From Spirochaetia bacterium (GTDB taxonomy: Bacteria > Spirochaetota > Spirochaetia > UBA9216): a DNA stretch of 64,000 bases. Positions within the stretch are counted from its first letter, which is position 1. Each line of letters opens with the position of its first letter. A program made the position numbers and the translations under genes. The notes under the pieces are model-generated. The model was not told the origin of the DNA and did not search any database. It was given only the letters and a program-made list of their open reading frames with translations. The DNA is taken from positions 1,376,001 through 1,440,000 of the forward strand of contig CAXXYH010000003.1 of assembly GCA_963677925.2 (NCBI GenBank), written 5' to 3'. This document shows positions 47,337 to 57,664 of the stretch, piece after piece.

Positions 47337-48938
47337 TTAAAGCTGTTCGCGATAGGCCTGGGGACTGAGCCCTGTTTTACTTTTAAAAAATCTTCCAAAA
47401 TATCCTGAACTTGAAAATCCCAGGTCAATTGCTATTTCTTTAATCTGCAGATTATGATCAGCAATAAGTTTTTTTGCCCTGATGATTTTCAGATCATTTA
47501 TATACTGCAGTATGTTTATATTTTCATTTTTCTTGAAAAGCCTTGAAATATACTCGGGACTTAAGTTAACAAAGTCGGCAAGTGTATCAAGAGATGTATC
47601 ACCGCTTAGATTATCCTGAATATATTTCTTAATTTTGTTGATTAGATATCCGGCATGACGTTCCTGATCGGCACTTCTGGTTTCAAATAAAAAATCCACT
47701 ATTCTCAGAAGATAGCTGAAGGCTTCGGTCCATGAGCTGTGTAAAGTAACGTTAAAAAGAGAAGCAACATCGGCTTCCTGCTTAATGGCATCGGATAGGT
47801 TGTAGTGATTGATGTACTGAAACAAAACGACTGCAATATCATAATATACTTCAACAGCAAAGAGGTCCTGAATGCTGGATACATTTTCAAACAGCTCCAG
47901 AGCCTCGGTTATCAGATCCTTAACCTGCTGCTTGTTTGAGTTCTCAAAGAAGAAATCCATCAGTTTTATTCTTGATATGATATTATTCTTCTGCTGTTCA
48001 ATCCCGTAGTCACTTCTTGTTTCACTTAGAAATTCATTATCGATAAGAAGAATATCGTCATCGCTGCCGCGCATAAACTTGGATTTGACAGTCTGAAAAT
48101 TCATTAAAAAATCTTCAAGCAGAACAGCTTCACTGCTGATACCTATCCTGACTGTCATACCGAAATTTTTCCCGCATGCTTTCTGAAACAGCTCCCCCGC
48201 TGAATACAGATTTATTGTCTTCAATTCGAATTCTCTGTTTTCAGACTGGAGCAGTATGACAATAAAGTTCCTTGCAAAATTAAAGGATACACCTGCTGCG
48301 TTTATAAAGAAGTATCTTTCAATAAGGTTCTGCAGATCTTCTGTAATTTTAAGCTGTTCATAGTAATCTTCTTTGACAATATATTCATGATGCACAACTA
48401 CATAGTTAATTTTCTCTGAAATATCAAGTTTAATTTCAAGATCTCTGAAAAGTTCCTGAGTGATGCATGAATTATCAATAAAGCCGTTCATTAGATCAAA
48501 AAGAAACTGAACCCGCTTAAGCATCTTAAGTCTGCTGCTTTCCTGCAGACTTTTCTCAATCAGAAAATCATTTTCAATTTCTTCAACAGCTTCTCTTACA
48601 GCATCAATAATTTTACTGTCGTCCTCAGCTTTAAGGACATAGCGGGCATGCTTCTGAGCCTTATAAACATAGTCAAACTCGGAAAATCCTGTTAGAAAGA
48701 CAACCTTGCAGTGGGGCCATCTCTCCAGAATGGCGTCCATCAGCTGAAGTCCATTCATTTTGGGCATCTGTATATCAGTCAGTACGATGTCGATTTTTTT
48801 CTGTTCAAGAATTTTCTGTGCCTCAATAGCCGATGCGGCAGAAAATAAATTAAGCTCAAGAGTCTCCTCCATTGAAAAGAGGTCGACCATACCCTGTCTT
48901 ATTATTTTCTCATCATCGACTATTAAAAGATTATACAT
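47337..48938 (-). CDS. YesN-like response regulator (REC + AraC HTH)
   Basis: IVDDE, TDIQMP, LTGFSEF; C-terminal YISRLFKK..LGF..YF.RFFK..G.SP. Confidence 0.92.
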   Translation of the reverse strand: MYNLLIVDDEKIIRQGMVDLFSMEETLELNLFSAASAIEAQKILEQKKIDIVLTDIQMPKMNGLQLMDAILERWPHCKVVFLTGFSEFDYVYKAQKHARYVLKAEDDSKIIDAVREAVEEIENDFLIEKSLQESSRLKMLKRVQFLFDLMNGFIDNSCITQELFRDLEIKLDISEKINYVVVHHEYIVKEDYYEQLKITEDLQNLIERYFFINAAGVSFNFARNFIVILLQSENREFELKTINLYSAGELFQKACGKNFGMTVRIGISSEAVLLEDFLMNFQTVKSKFMRGSDDDILLIDNEFLSETRSDYGIEQQKNNIISRIKLMDFFFENSNKQQVKDLITEALELFENVSSIQDLFAVEVYYDIAVVLFQYINHYNLSDAIKQEADVASLFNVTLHSSWTEAFSYLLRIVDFLFETRSADQERHAGYLINKIKKYIQDNLSGDTSLDTLADFVNLSPEYISRLFKKNENINILQYINDLKIIRAKKLIADHNLQIKEIAIDLGFSSSGYFGRFFKSKTGLSPQAYREQL

Positions 48939-48941
48939 CTG

Positions 48942-49832
48942 CTACTCTTTAACACTCCCTAAAGTCATACCGGTAACAAAATATTTCTGCAGAATTGGAT
49001 ATATTAAAAGTATAGGTATTATTGCTATAAAAATCTGCGAAGCAGTCAGAGTTTTTTGTGAAATAAGCTTCATCACTTCTACATTATTCAGATCCAGATT
49101 AGTGGCATTAGCAGAAGCTGACTGGATAACATTTCGCAGATATGTCTGAAGCGGATATTTACCCGGATCACTAAGAAAGACAAGACCGTCAAACCAGGAA
49201 TTCCAGTGAAATACCATTGTGAACAGACCTACAGTTGCCAGTGACGGCTTTGATATCGGCAGATATATTTTCCAGAGAATGGTGAAATGGTTTGCCCCGT
49301 CAATGAACGCTGATTCTGCAAGACTGTATGGTATTCCCCTGAAGAAATTAAGCATGAGTATAATATTAAAAACCTGAACAGAAAAAGGAAGAACAAGAGC
49401 CCATATGGTATTATAGATACCCACTGCCTTAACTACAATAAACAGCGGTATAAGTCCTCCGCTGAAAACCATAGTTACAATGAAAGTCCATGAATAGAAT
49501 TTCCTTGCGTGAAAGTTTCTTGTTGACTGAGATAGAGCATATGCGCTTGTTATGGTCAGAAACATACTTATCGAAGTTCCAAGAATAACACGCAGTACAG
49601 CAACTCCGAAAGCCCTGAAGAATTCCTCTTTACCGAGGATGTATTTATATGAACTGAGCGTAAAATCTACAGGAAAAATGGTGACCCACCCGGCCTGTGC
49701 CGCAGCATTCGAGCTGAATGAGAGAGCCAGTATGTGCAGAAGCGGAAACAGTGAAATAAACGCTGTCACCGTTAATATAATATAATTGAAGGTATTGAAA
49801 ACCTTTCTCGAAACTGAAGAGTTTTTTACCAT
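48942..49832 (-). CDS. Carbohydrate ABC permease (CUT1, YtcP/LplC-like)
   Basis: FSGGLIP, ESAFIDGA, WNSWF, YPILQKYF..G...GSVKE. Confidence 0.92.
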   Translation of the reverse strand: MVKNSSVSRKVFNTFNYIILTVTAFISLFPLLHILALSFSSNAAAQAGWVTIFPVDFTLSSYKYILGKEEFFRAFGVAVLRVILGTSISMFLTITSAYALSQSTRNFHARKFYSWTFIVTMVFSGGLIPLFIVVKAVGIYNTIWALVLPFSVQVFNIILMLNFFRGIPYSLAESAFIDGANHFTILWKIYLPISKPSLATVGLFTMVFHWNSWFDGLVFLSDPGKYPLQTYLRNVIQSASANATNLDLNNVEVMKLISQKTLTASQIFIAIIPILLIYPILQKYFVTGMTLGSVKE

Positions 49833-49841
49833 TTCAATCTC

Positions 49842-50753
49842 CTAGAATAATCTATAATTGGCAAAGCGTTTAGCCATATAGAAAGATGAAGCTATAAAAA
49901 TCAGTGACACCACAGATTTAAAAACACCTATAGCTGTAGCAACACTGTACTGCAGCTGCTGCATACCCACACGGTAAACAAAGGTATCAATGATATCAGC
50001 CTTTTCATATACAATAGGACTGTACAGGTTAAAGATTTGATCAAAACCTGCATTCAGAATATTACCCAGGCTCAATACGGTTAAGAGAATAATAATCGGC
50101 TTAAGGCTGGGCAGGGTTATATAGAGCATCTGCTTGAACTCACCTGCTCCATCAACTGTAGCAGCTTCATAAATAGTCTGATCAATACTTGTCAGAGCTG
50201 CCAGAAATATAACCAGGTTGTAGCCGACTTCTTTCCATATATGAGAAGCAACAAGAACACTCCGTATGGTTTCCAGGCTTCCAAGAAAATACACAGGCTC
50301 ATGTCCAAGACTTGATATCAGTTTATTTATAAAACCATCTGAAGGCGAAAGTAAATCAATCAATATTCCGCTTAAAATAACCCATGAAAGAAAAAACGGA
50401 ATATATACAATAGTCTGCACACCCTTTTTAAAAAGCTTGATTTTTACTTCATTCAAAAGCAGAGCCAGGATAAGCGGAACACTTATTCCGGCAATTATTT
50501 TAAAAATTGCAATAACAACAGTATTAACCAGTACTCGCCTTGTGTCGGAAATTGCAAATATATATTTAAAATTCTCCAGGCCTATCCATTCTGATCTGAA
50601 AAACTGCCCGAAACCTCCTGACGGAATAAAATCCTGAAAAGCTATCACGATTCCGATCATCGGGAAGTAGGCAAAAATCAAAACCATTATGAACGCAGGC
50701 ATCATCATTACATGCAGAGGCCATTCTTTTTTCAGAATCTTTCCCATCTTCAT
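49842..50753 (-). CDS. Carbohydrate ABC permease (CUT1, YteP/LplB-like)
   Basis: W.GLENF, P.FLSWVI, YEAATVDGA, DIIDTFVYR.G. Confidence 0.92.
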   Translation of the reverse strand: MKMGKILKKEWPLHVMMMPAFIMVLIFAYFPMIGIVIAFQDFIPSGGFGQFFRSEWIGLENFKYIFAISDTRRVLVNTVVIAIFKIIAGISVPLILALLLNEVKIKLFKKGVQTIVYIPFFLSWVILSGILIDLLSPSDGFINKLISSLGHEPVYFLGSLETIRSVLVASHIWKEVGYNLVIFLAALTSIDQTIYEAATVDGAGEFKQMLYITLPSLKPIIILLTVLSLGNILNAGFDQIFNLYSPIVYEKADIIDTFVYRVGMQQLQYSVATAIGVFKSVVSLIFIASSFYMAKRFANYRLF

Positions 50754-50776
50754 AACTGTATCTCCTCAATATACAA

Positions 50777-50807
50777 AAAGAGTGAAGCAGAAGCTGCTCC
50801 ACTCTTT
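50777..50807 (-). terminator. Hairpin between binding-protein and permease genes
   Basis: AAAGAGTG.AGCAG-AAG-CTGCT.CACTCTTT. Confidence 0.6.
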
Positions 50808-50821
50808 CAGCCTATTCTGAA

Positions 50822-52516
50822 CTATTTAGCGGAATACCACTGGTTAACTTCTGCAGTTATCTGCTCAAGACCGATTTTATTCAGTTCCTCAACAAAACTT
50901 CCAAAAGTGCTGATGTTTTCTACACCCATAATAACCTTGGTGAAGTATTCCATCTCCTTGTCCTTGATGAGCTGCATTTTTCTCTTCATGGTATCAGTGG
51001 TTGCTCCGTAGAAAGCATCCATCTGAAAGAGATCACCTTCATAGTAGTAATTCATTGCCTTGAATGCGCCGTCCTTACCGAAGGTCTTTACTGCTCCTGC
51101 GAATGACATATCACCGTTATTGTAGCCTACTATTGAATTGTAGTAGTTGAGCTCTTCAGCATTAAGAATTGAGGGATCATCTTTTTCAAAGGCTTCATTC
51201 ACATGCCAGTAAGCCTGCAGATTGTTTAAAGCGTTATATGTTTTGAACATGGTTTCATGAAGTGCAAACTGAGGAATGCCTGTATCGTCTACAAGATAGA
51301 GCTTGTATTCTTCAGGTGAAGCATATGAGAATTTTTCAACAAAAAAGTTAAGCAGTTTGATAAGAGCTTCTGGATGTTCAGCATCCTTGCTTACTACGTA
51401 GTACCAGGGTATGTTGAGTTTAATCTGGGGCTTGGCAGGAGCTGATGTAGCTGTAGGAATGGCTACCGGAATCCAGTTAGCATTCGGATCGTTCTCAAGT
51501 GTACTCATGAGAGGCCACATTGCATTCCACATTGCTCCGTACTGTATGCCGGCTCTGCCTGATGCTGAAAGCTCGGAAACCTTCATCATGTCTTTTACAC
51601 CGAAATCTTCTTCGATCAAACCTTCTTCATACAGTTTATTAAGGAATACAAGTGCATTCCTTGTTTCAGGCTGAATGCTTCCGTAGACAAGACCGCCTTT
51701 ACCATCTTCCACCCAGGCTCTTGGATATGAACCGAATCCGTTAAACAGACCAAGACCGTCTCCGGCATCGGCAGCCATACGCATAGGAACAAATTCCCTG
51801 TGAAGAATCAAACCAAGAGTATCATTCTTTCCGTCTTTATCAGGATCGTTTTCCTTGAAAGCTTTCATAACCTTATAGAGTTCATCCATTGTTTTCGGAA
51901 CACTCATGCCGAGATTATCAAGCCAGTCAGCTCTGATCCACAGGAAGGGAGCTGTGTCTATTGAAGAATCAGTACTTGGTATAGCAATAACTTTTCCGCC
52001 GAAAGTAGCAGAGTCCATCGCAGCAGAACCTTCCTGAGTCATCCATTCTTTAAGATGGTCGCTTGCATACATATCATAAACATCGCCGATATTTTTATTG
52101 ATAAGATCACTCTTTGCAAGAAGCGCCAGCTGCTCTTTGTTTACCATCATGATATCAGGAATATCTCCTGAAGCGATAGCAATGTTTTTCTTCTGAACAC
52201 TGTCTTCTTCAGACTGGGCTGCAAACCAGACATACTCCAAATTAATGCCGAGTTCTGCAAGATACTGTTTCTGCCAGATATTATTCATTATCCGGTCTTT
52301 TGTAAAAAATTCAGCCAGCGGCGGCTCAATCTCAAAAAATGTGCTTACTGTAATCGGCTCTTCATACTTTCCAAGCGGATCAGTATTTACATCTTCAGCC
52401 ATCTTAACGGAAGCAGAATCATCCTGCTTTCCCGAAGCTGATACGGGCAGTGCAATTACGGTTACAAGTAAAAGCAGAAAAACCCATTTCAAGTTACCTG
52501 TCATCAGTCTTTTCAT
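50822..52516 (-). CDS. Carbohydrate ABC solute-binding protein (LplA-like)
   Basis: IASGDIPD, WIRADWLDNLG..P.T.DEL..V.KAF...DPD; start at MKRLMTG behind GGAGGA. Confidence 0.9.
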   Translation of the reverse strand: MKRLMTGNLKWVFLLLLVTVIALPVSASGKQDDSASVKMAEDVNTDPLGKYEEPITVSTFFEIEPPLAEFFTKDRIMNNIWQKQYLAELGINLEYVWFAAQSEEDSVQKKNIAIASGDIPDIMMVNKEQLALLAKSDLINKNIGDVYDMYASDHLKEWMTQEGSAAMDSATFGGKVIAIPSTDSSIDTAPFLWIRADWLDNLGMSVPKTMDELYKVMKAFKENDPDKDGKNDTLGLILHREFVPMRMAADAGDGLGLFNGFGSYPRAWVEDGKGGLVYGSIQPETRNALVFLNKLYEEGLIEEDFGVKDMMKVSELSASGRAGIQYGAMWNAMWPLMSTLENDPNANWIPVAIPTATSAPAKPQIKLNIPWYYVVSKDAEHPEALIKLLNFFVEKFSYASPEEYKLYLVDDTGIPQFALHETMFKTYNALNNLQAYWHVNEAFEKDDPSILNAEELNYYNSIVGYNNGDMSFAGAVKTFGKDGAFKAMNYYYEGDLFQMDAFYGATTDTMKRKMQLIKDKEMEYFTKVIMGVENISTFGSFVEELNKIGLEQITAEVNQWYSAK

Positions 52517-52653
52517 TTTAATTTCCTCCAATAATCCAAACACGTCTGTTTTGATGAGCTTATATAAAATTATAAGCTCATAATTTTGCCTGCGAAATTG
52601 GACATTTTTGTTTTCAGTGTTCAATTATTGACATAAAAGTAATTTTTACTGAC

Positions 52654-54387
52654 TTATCGTATCTCAACAGCTGGATTTATTTTTAATTCGATTTTTATAC
52701 CTCCCATATCGCTTAAAGATATAAAAACCCCGCAGTCTCTACCGTAAACAAGAACCAGACGGCGGTTGATATTTGTTAAAGCATGATTTTCACTGAATCC
52801 TGAGTCATCTTTAAGATTATCGATCATTTTGGCAACGAGGGCTGTATCTGCTTCTTCTCCGTTATCTTCAATAATTATTGACAACAGATTTTCGGACCGA
52901 CGGTAACCTACATTTATTATTCCGTTTTCAAGGACATTTACCAATCCGTAATTATATGCATTTTCGATTACAGGCTGTAGAATCAGTTTGGGAACATTAA
53001 CCTCAGTAAGTTCGGCCGGAAGAGGCTGAATTACAACCTTTATTTTATCTTCAAACCTCATCTGCTGAACAGCAATATAGTTCTGCATATGTTCAACTTC
53101 TCTTGCGAGTGAGATATAATTTTTTGTTTCCTTATTGATAAAGCGATAGTATTTTGCAAGCGATGTTACAAATTTTGTTATCTGTTCATAATCCTCATTC
53201 ATCGCCATTCTATTAATTATGAAAAAACTGTTGTAAAGAAAATGGGGATTAATCTGGGACTGAAGCTGGGCCAATTCAGCATTCTGAATAAGGTTCTCCT
53301 GCTCATAAATATTATTAATCAGCTCCTGAATATAGGTAGCGGTTTTATTAAATCCATGGTAGATATAATTAAACTCATCGTGGGGTTCATGGTAGATTCT
53401 TACACTGAAATCATCGTTCTGTATCTTCTCAAATGCAGACATTATCTCATGCAGCGGTTTTATAACTGCTTTCTTTGTGAAAATAAGTGAGAAAATGAAC
53501 ATAAGACCTATAATCAGCATCAATGCGGTAAGAACCGAAATATACCTGGTGAGCATACCTGTAATTATTTTTTTGTCGGTAAAGGAGATGATCGACATAG
53601 GATATTTACTGCTCCTGAGCACAATAAACTGATAGTCTCCTGCCTCAGTTACAGTCTCTTCCGGCGAACTGCTGATTATTTCAAACAATTCATCAGCATG
53701 ACTCTCAACAATACCTTCCGGATTATTCTCAAGGATGATTTCTTCTCTGGTCTGAAACCATATTCCGGCCCCGCTGCCCCTCTCATTTCTTAAAAGTTTA
53801 AGAGATTCTGTAAGTTCAGCTTTTGAAAGTATAATCTGTATATTAAAATCCGGTATATAATCAGTGCTGGAAGATGAAGTCAGAGGATATGAAAAGTTCA
53901 TTGCAAGCCTGTCTTCAACTGAAATAAGGGTGTTTAATCTCATACCCGGATCAGGCTCATCAAAGCAACCGGATACACAGTCCTGATAGCCCTCTCTGGA
54001 GGACAGGATGATATGCTGTTCGGGAAAGGTCAGAATAATATCCTCAATAAGCAGATCCACGGATTTGCTTGACTCAATTTCCCGCAGCAGATTCAGGATC
54101 AGCTGGGTTCTTTCATAGTTATTATTATATACCGAGTAGGCAAGCTTTCTGATATCATCAGTATTCATCAGATTTATCTGCTGATTATGAATTATATCAA
54201 GCTGCTGTTCCAGGTTGCCCAGATATGCCTCTATCCGGCTAGTGTTCTGAGATATCTGCTCTTCGCTCGTCCTGTTTATATTACTCAGGAACATCCATAT
54301 TATTACAATATAGATGACTACAAACGTGAGCAGATACACAATGAAAAGTCTTTTAAAAACGCTGAATTTATTAAAACCTGCAATCAT
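52654..54387 (-). CDS. YesM-like sensor histidine kinase
   Basis: Two TM segments, HAMP, LQSQINPHFLYN, LQPVIENA. Confidence 0.92.
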   Translation of the reverse strand: MIAGFNKFSVFKRLFIVYLLTFVVIYIVIIWMFLSNINRTSEEQISQNTSRIEAYLGNLEQQLDIIHNQQINLMNTDDIRKLAYSVYNNNYERTQLILNLLREIESSKSVDLLIEDIILTFPEQHIILSSREGYQDCVSGCFDEPDPGMRLNTLISVEDRLAMNFSYPLTSSSSTDYIPDFNIQIILSKAELTESLKLLRNERGSGAGIWFQTREEIILENNPEGIVESHADELFEIISSSPEETVTEAGDYQFIVLRSSKYPMSIISFTDKKIITGMLTRYISVLTALMLIIGLMFIFSLIFTKKAVIKPLHEIMSAFEKIQNDDFSVRIYHEPHDEFNYIYHGFNKTATYIQELINNIYEQENLIQNAELAQLQSQINPHFLYNSFFIINRMAMNEDYEQITKFVTSLAKYYRFINKETKNYISLAREVEHMQNYIAVQQMRFEDKIKVVIQPLPAELTEVNVPKLILQPVIENAYNYGLVNVLENGIINVGYRRSENLLSIIIEDNGEEADTALVAKMIDNLKDDSGFSENHALTNINRRLVLVYGRDCGVFISLSDMGGIKIELKINPAVEIR

Positions 54388-54417
54388 ATCCTGTTTAGAA
54401 TAACACGACTTTGCAGA

Positions 54418-55317
54418 TTAATTACTCCTAAAATATCCTGCAATTTCCTGCAGAGCTTCTTCGGTTTCAGGACTGTTAAACAGCGGAAATACATGGAACA
54501 GCCCATCCCAGACTTTCAGACTGACATCAACACCCGCCTCACAGCATTTATTGTATATCAATTTTGAATCATCAAGCAGAACTTCTTCACTCCCGACATG
54601 GATCGCGAGTTTTGGAAAACCTTGAAAATCACCATAGGCCGGAGATACATAGGGACTTTTAAAATCTGCATTCCGGTAGTATGGAACAACACCTTCATAG
54701 CTTATCATAGGATCCCGTTCATCAAGATCATCATGAGAAGGAAGCGCTATTTCCTGGCCGGCAACGGGGGAAAATACAAATGTTTTTCCCGGAAGTTCAT
54801 CGCCATGATCTTTTAAAAACAGCGTCATCGTGAGGGTAAGCATGGCACCGGCAGATTCACCGAAAACATAGATATCTTTTCCGCTATACCCCATTGATAT
54901 AAGCCAACGGTATGCGGCAACACAGTCATTGAGCGCCTGAGGGTGTTCGGTTTCAGGCCACTGCCCGTATTCAACGGATAGTGCGTCAATCTTCACATGC
55001 TCCATAATGTCATGACAGAGTTTCCGCCGTGATTTAACCGAGCCGTTCATGAAACCGCCGCCGTGAAGAAAAAGCAGCACTCTGCCCTTCAGTTTTTCGG
55101 GATCATTTTCATCATAGGTGTAGAGTGCACCTTCAAAATCTTTTGTTTTTATCGCTTCAATACTGATGCTGTCACTGAACGGAAGGCTTCCGAGTATATC
55201 ATCTATTCTGCCCCTGTCCTCCAGAGCACTTTCGGCTGTAACAGCCTTTCCTGCATTCCGCTTTTTTTCATTGTGGAGCATTTCAATTGCTCCCTGTATT
55301 TCTTTACTCAGCATCAT
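54418..55317 (-). CDS. Alpha/beta hydrolase, HSL-family (acetyl)esterase
   Basis: HGGGF, GESAG, E.LLDD, HVF. Confidence 0.9.
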   Translation of the reverse strand: MMLSKEIQGAIEMLHNEKKRNAGKAVTAESALEDRGRIDDILGSLPFSDSISIEAIKTKDFEGALYTYDENDPEKLKGRVLLFLHGGGFMNGSVKSRRKLCHDIMEHVKIDALSVEYGQWPETEHPQALNDCVAAYRWLISMGYSGKDIYVFGESAGAMLTLTMTLFLKDHGDELPGKTFVFSPVAGQEIALPSHDDLDERDPMISYEGVVPYYRNADFKSPYVSPAYGDFQGFPKLAIHVGSEEVLLDDSKLIYNKCCEAGVDVSLKVWDGLFHVFPLFNSPETEEALQEIAGYFRSN

Positions 55318-57583
55318 TTTCCCCTTTGTTCATCTTTTCCAGTATCTTCCTGCAGTAGTCGAAATCGAGTGCGCCTCCGAATGAAACAAGATTCCGAAGC
55401 GGCATGTTGTTTATCATTTCTTTGAACATCAGGTCGGTGCCCTCTCCAAGAACTTCATTCTCAGGGTCAGAGCCGGAGAGTGCATTTGTAAATTTCCTCA
55501 CAGCATCTTTCAGAACCTCTTTACCGTAGTCGGTCTTCATCATATCGCCGAGTGTACTATTCATGTGATAAACAACCGGAATTTCCACGGTTGATTCAAT
55601 ATTGATTTGTCCTGACAGAACAATGTTTCTTGAAGATTTACCGATTCGTATCTCATACACACCGGATTCAGCATACCAGTCATGGATTTCTGTATTGAAG
55701 TATGCAAAAGAACGTTTGGAAAGAACAAAGCTTACAGTGACAGTCTGCCCCGGGGCAAGTTCGATCTTCTCAAAGCCTTTGAGCTCCTGAACAGGACGTA
55801 TAATACCTGTATCCGGGGGAGACACATACAGCTGCACTACTTCTTTTCCCCGAACCTTTCCGGTATTTGTAACATCAAGGCTGACCTCTACTGTATCTGT
55901 ATCTGTATCCTTTGCTTTCTGTTTACTTATTTTCAAATTGCTGTATTCGAAAGAAGTGTAACTCAGTCCGTGCCCGAACGGAAATAGAACTTCCATCTCT
56001 TTTTTATCATAATACCTGTATCCGACAAAAACACCTTCTCGGTACTCAACGGTATCCTTTTCTCCCTTGTAAAAGAGATATGAGGGGTTATCCTGAAGCT
56101 TCAGCGGAAAGGTTTCTGCAAGCCTGCCGGATGGATTCACATCACCGTACAGGCACTGAACCACCGCACCGCCTACTGCCTGGCCTCCCAGATAAGCTTC
56201 AAAGAGGCCTTTAACCTTATCAACCCACGGCATCTCAACCGGTGAGCCGTTATGAAGAACTACAACAATATTCGGGTTAACAGCGGATAATTCCTCTATA
56301 AGCCTGTTCTGGTTTGCAGGAAGCCTCATGTGTTCACGATCAAAGCCTTCCGATTCATAAATATCAGGCAGTCCTGCAAAGACAACCACAATGTCGGCAG
56401 CAGAGGCAGCCTTCAGCGCATCATCCGCCTTTTTATCATCGTAGATATCGGTCTTGGTATCAAAGCCTTCAGTATAGGTAACCTTATATTCTTCTGCCTG
56501 CTGCAGAGCAGATTCAATCTTTGATGCATTTATGTGTGAACTGCCGCCGCCCTGGTATCTGGGCTTTTCAGCGAAGCCGCCGATAAAGGCCACCTGCTTA
56601 TCCTTTGAAAGAGGGAGTATATCCTCATTCTTTAGAAGAACAATACACTCAGACGCTGTCTGCCTTGCCTTCTCATGGTCTGCATCACGGTCAAAAACGG
56701 AATCAGGTTTCCGGTTTTTCTCGAACCTTTCGAGAATTCCCAGTATGCGTGCAGCCGCACGATCAACTACAGCCTCATCCAGAATGCAGGATTCAACAGC
56801 CTCAACTATCAGCTTGTCATTAATACCGTTTGAATCAGGCATTTCAAGATCCAGTCCTGCAGCCAGATCCGGAACCCTGTCGTTAACAGCACCCCAGTCG
56901 CTGACAACAAAGCCGTCAAAACCCCACTCTTTCCTGAGAACATCAGTAAGATAGGTTTCATTTTCAGCTGCATATACACCGTTTATCCTGTTGTATGAGC
57001 ACATTACCGTCCAGGGTTTTGATTCTTTGACAGCATATTCAAAAGCCGCAAGATAGATCTCGCGAAGTGTTCTTTCATCAACCTCGGAACTTGACGACAT
57101 TCTCCTGTATTCCTGATTGTTAGCAAGGAAGTGTTTAATACTGGTTCCTACATTTCTGCTCTGTACACCCTTGATGAATGATGCAGCCATTGCAGATGTC
57201 AGCAATGGATCCTCGGAAAAATATTCGAAGTTCCGTCCGCAGAGAGGCGAACGTTTTATGTTAACAGCAGGCCCGAGAAGCACACCGACTCCTTCAGCCT
57301 GACATTCATTTCCCAGTACCGATCCAACCTGATTGATAAGAGATTTGTCGAAGGACGCGGCAAGCGCGCATCCTGCCGGGAAACATACAGCCTTTATGCT
57401 CTCATTTAAACCCAGATGATCAGCATCTGCCTCCTGAGTCCGGAGCCCATGAGGTCCATCGCTTACCATGAGGGAGGGGATGCCGAGTCTCTCAACGGGT
57501 TTGGTTCTCCAGAAGTCCAGTCCGGACAATAATCCGGCCTTCTCCTCCAGGGTCATATCAGAAATTAATTTGTTTATATCCAT
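55304..57583 (-). CDS. GH3 beta-glucosidase
   Basis: SDGPHGLR, GRNFEYFSEDP, KHF..N, VVSDWG, ESEGFDR, FPFGHGLSYT, Fn3-like C-domain. Confidence 0.95.
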   Translation of the reverse strand: MDINKLISDMTLEEKAGLLSGLDFWRTKPVERLGIPSLMVSDGPHGLRTQEADADHLGLNESIKAVCFPAGCALAASFDKSLINQVGSVLGNECQAEGVGVLLGPAVNIKRSPLCGRNFEYFSEDPLLTSAMAASFIKGVQSRNVGTSIKHFLANNQEYRRMSSSSEVDERTLREIYLAAFEYAVKESKPWTVMCSYNRINGVYAAENETYLTDVLRKEWGFDGFVVSDWGAVNDRVPDLAAGLDLEMPDSNGINDKLIVEAVESCILDEAVVDRAAARILGILERFEKNRKPDSVFDRDADHEKARQTASECIVLLKNEDILPLSKDKQVAFIGGFAEKPRYQGGGSSHINASKIESALQQAEEYKVTYTEGFDTKTDIYDDKKADDALKAASAADIVVVFAGLPDIYESEGFDREHMRLPANQNRLIEELSAVNPNIVVVLHNGSPVEMPWVDKVKGLFEAYLGGQAVGGAVVQCLYGDVNPSGRLAETFPLKLQDNPSYLFYKGEKDTVEYREGVFVGYRYYDKKEMEVLFPFGHGLSYTSFEYSNLKISKQKAKDTDTDTVEVSLDVTNTGKVRGKEVVQLYVSPPDTGIIRPVQELKGFEKIELAPGQTVTVSFVLSKRSFAYFNTEIHDWYAESGVYEIRIGKSSRNIVLSGQINIESTVEIPVVYHMNSTLGDMMKTDYGKEVLKDAVRKFTNALSGSDPENEVLGEGTDLMFKEMINNMPLRNLVSFGGALDFDYCRKILEKMNKGENDAE

Positions 57584-57664
57584 TTTTTAATTATAGAGCC
57601 TGTAATGCAATCTGTTAATTTAAAAAAATTGATATTAGTATTCAATAATTGACATTGTCAATGT

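Noticed and set aside
48942-52516. CUT1 ABC system lacking an ATPase gene
   Set aside because: Normal; these systems commonly share an MsmX/MsmK-type ATPase encoded elsewhere
55891-55910. (CTGTAT)x3 microrepeat in the GH3 gene giving DTDTDT
   Set aside because: Short, in-frame, in a probable loop; no evidence of a contingency locus
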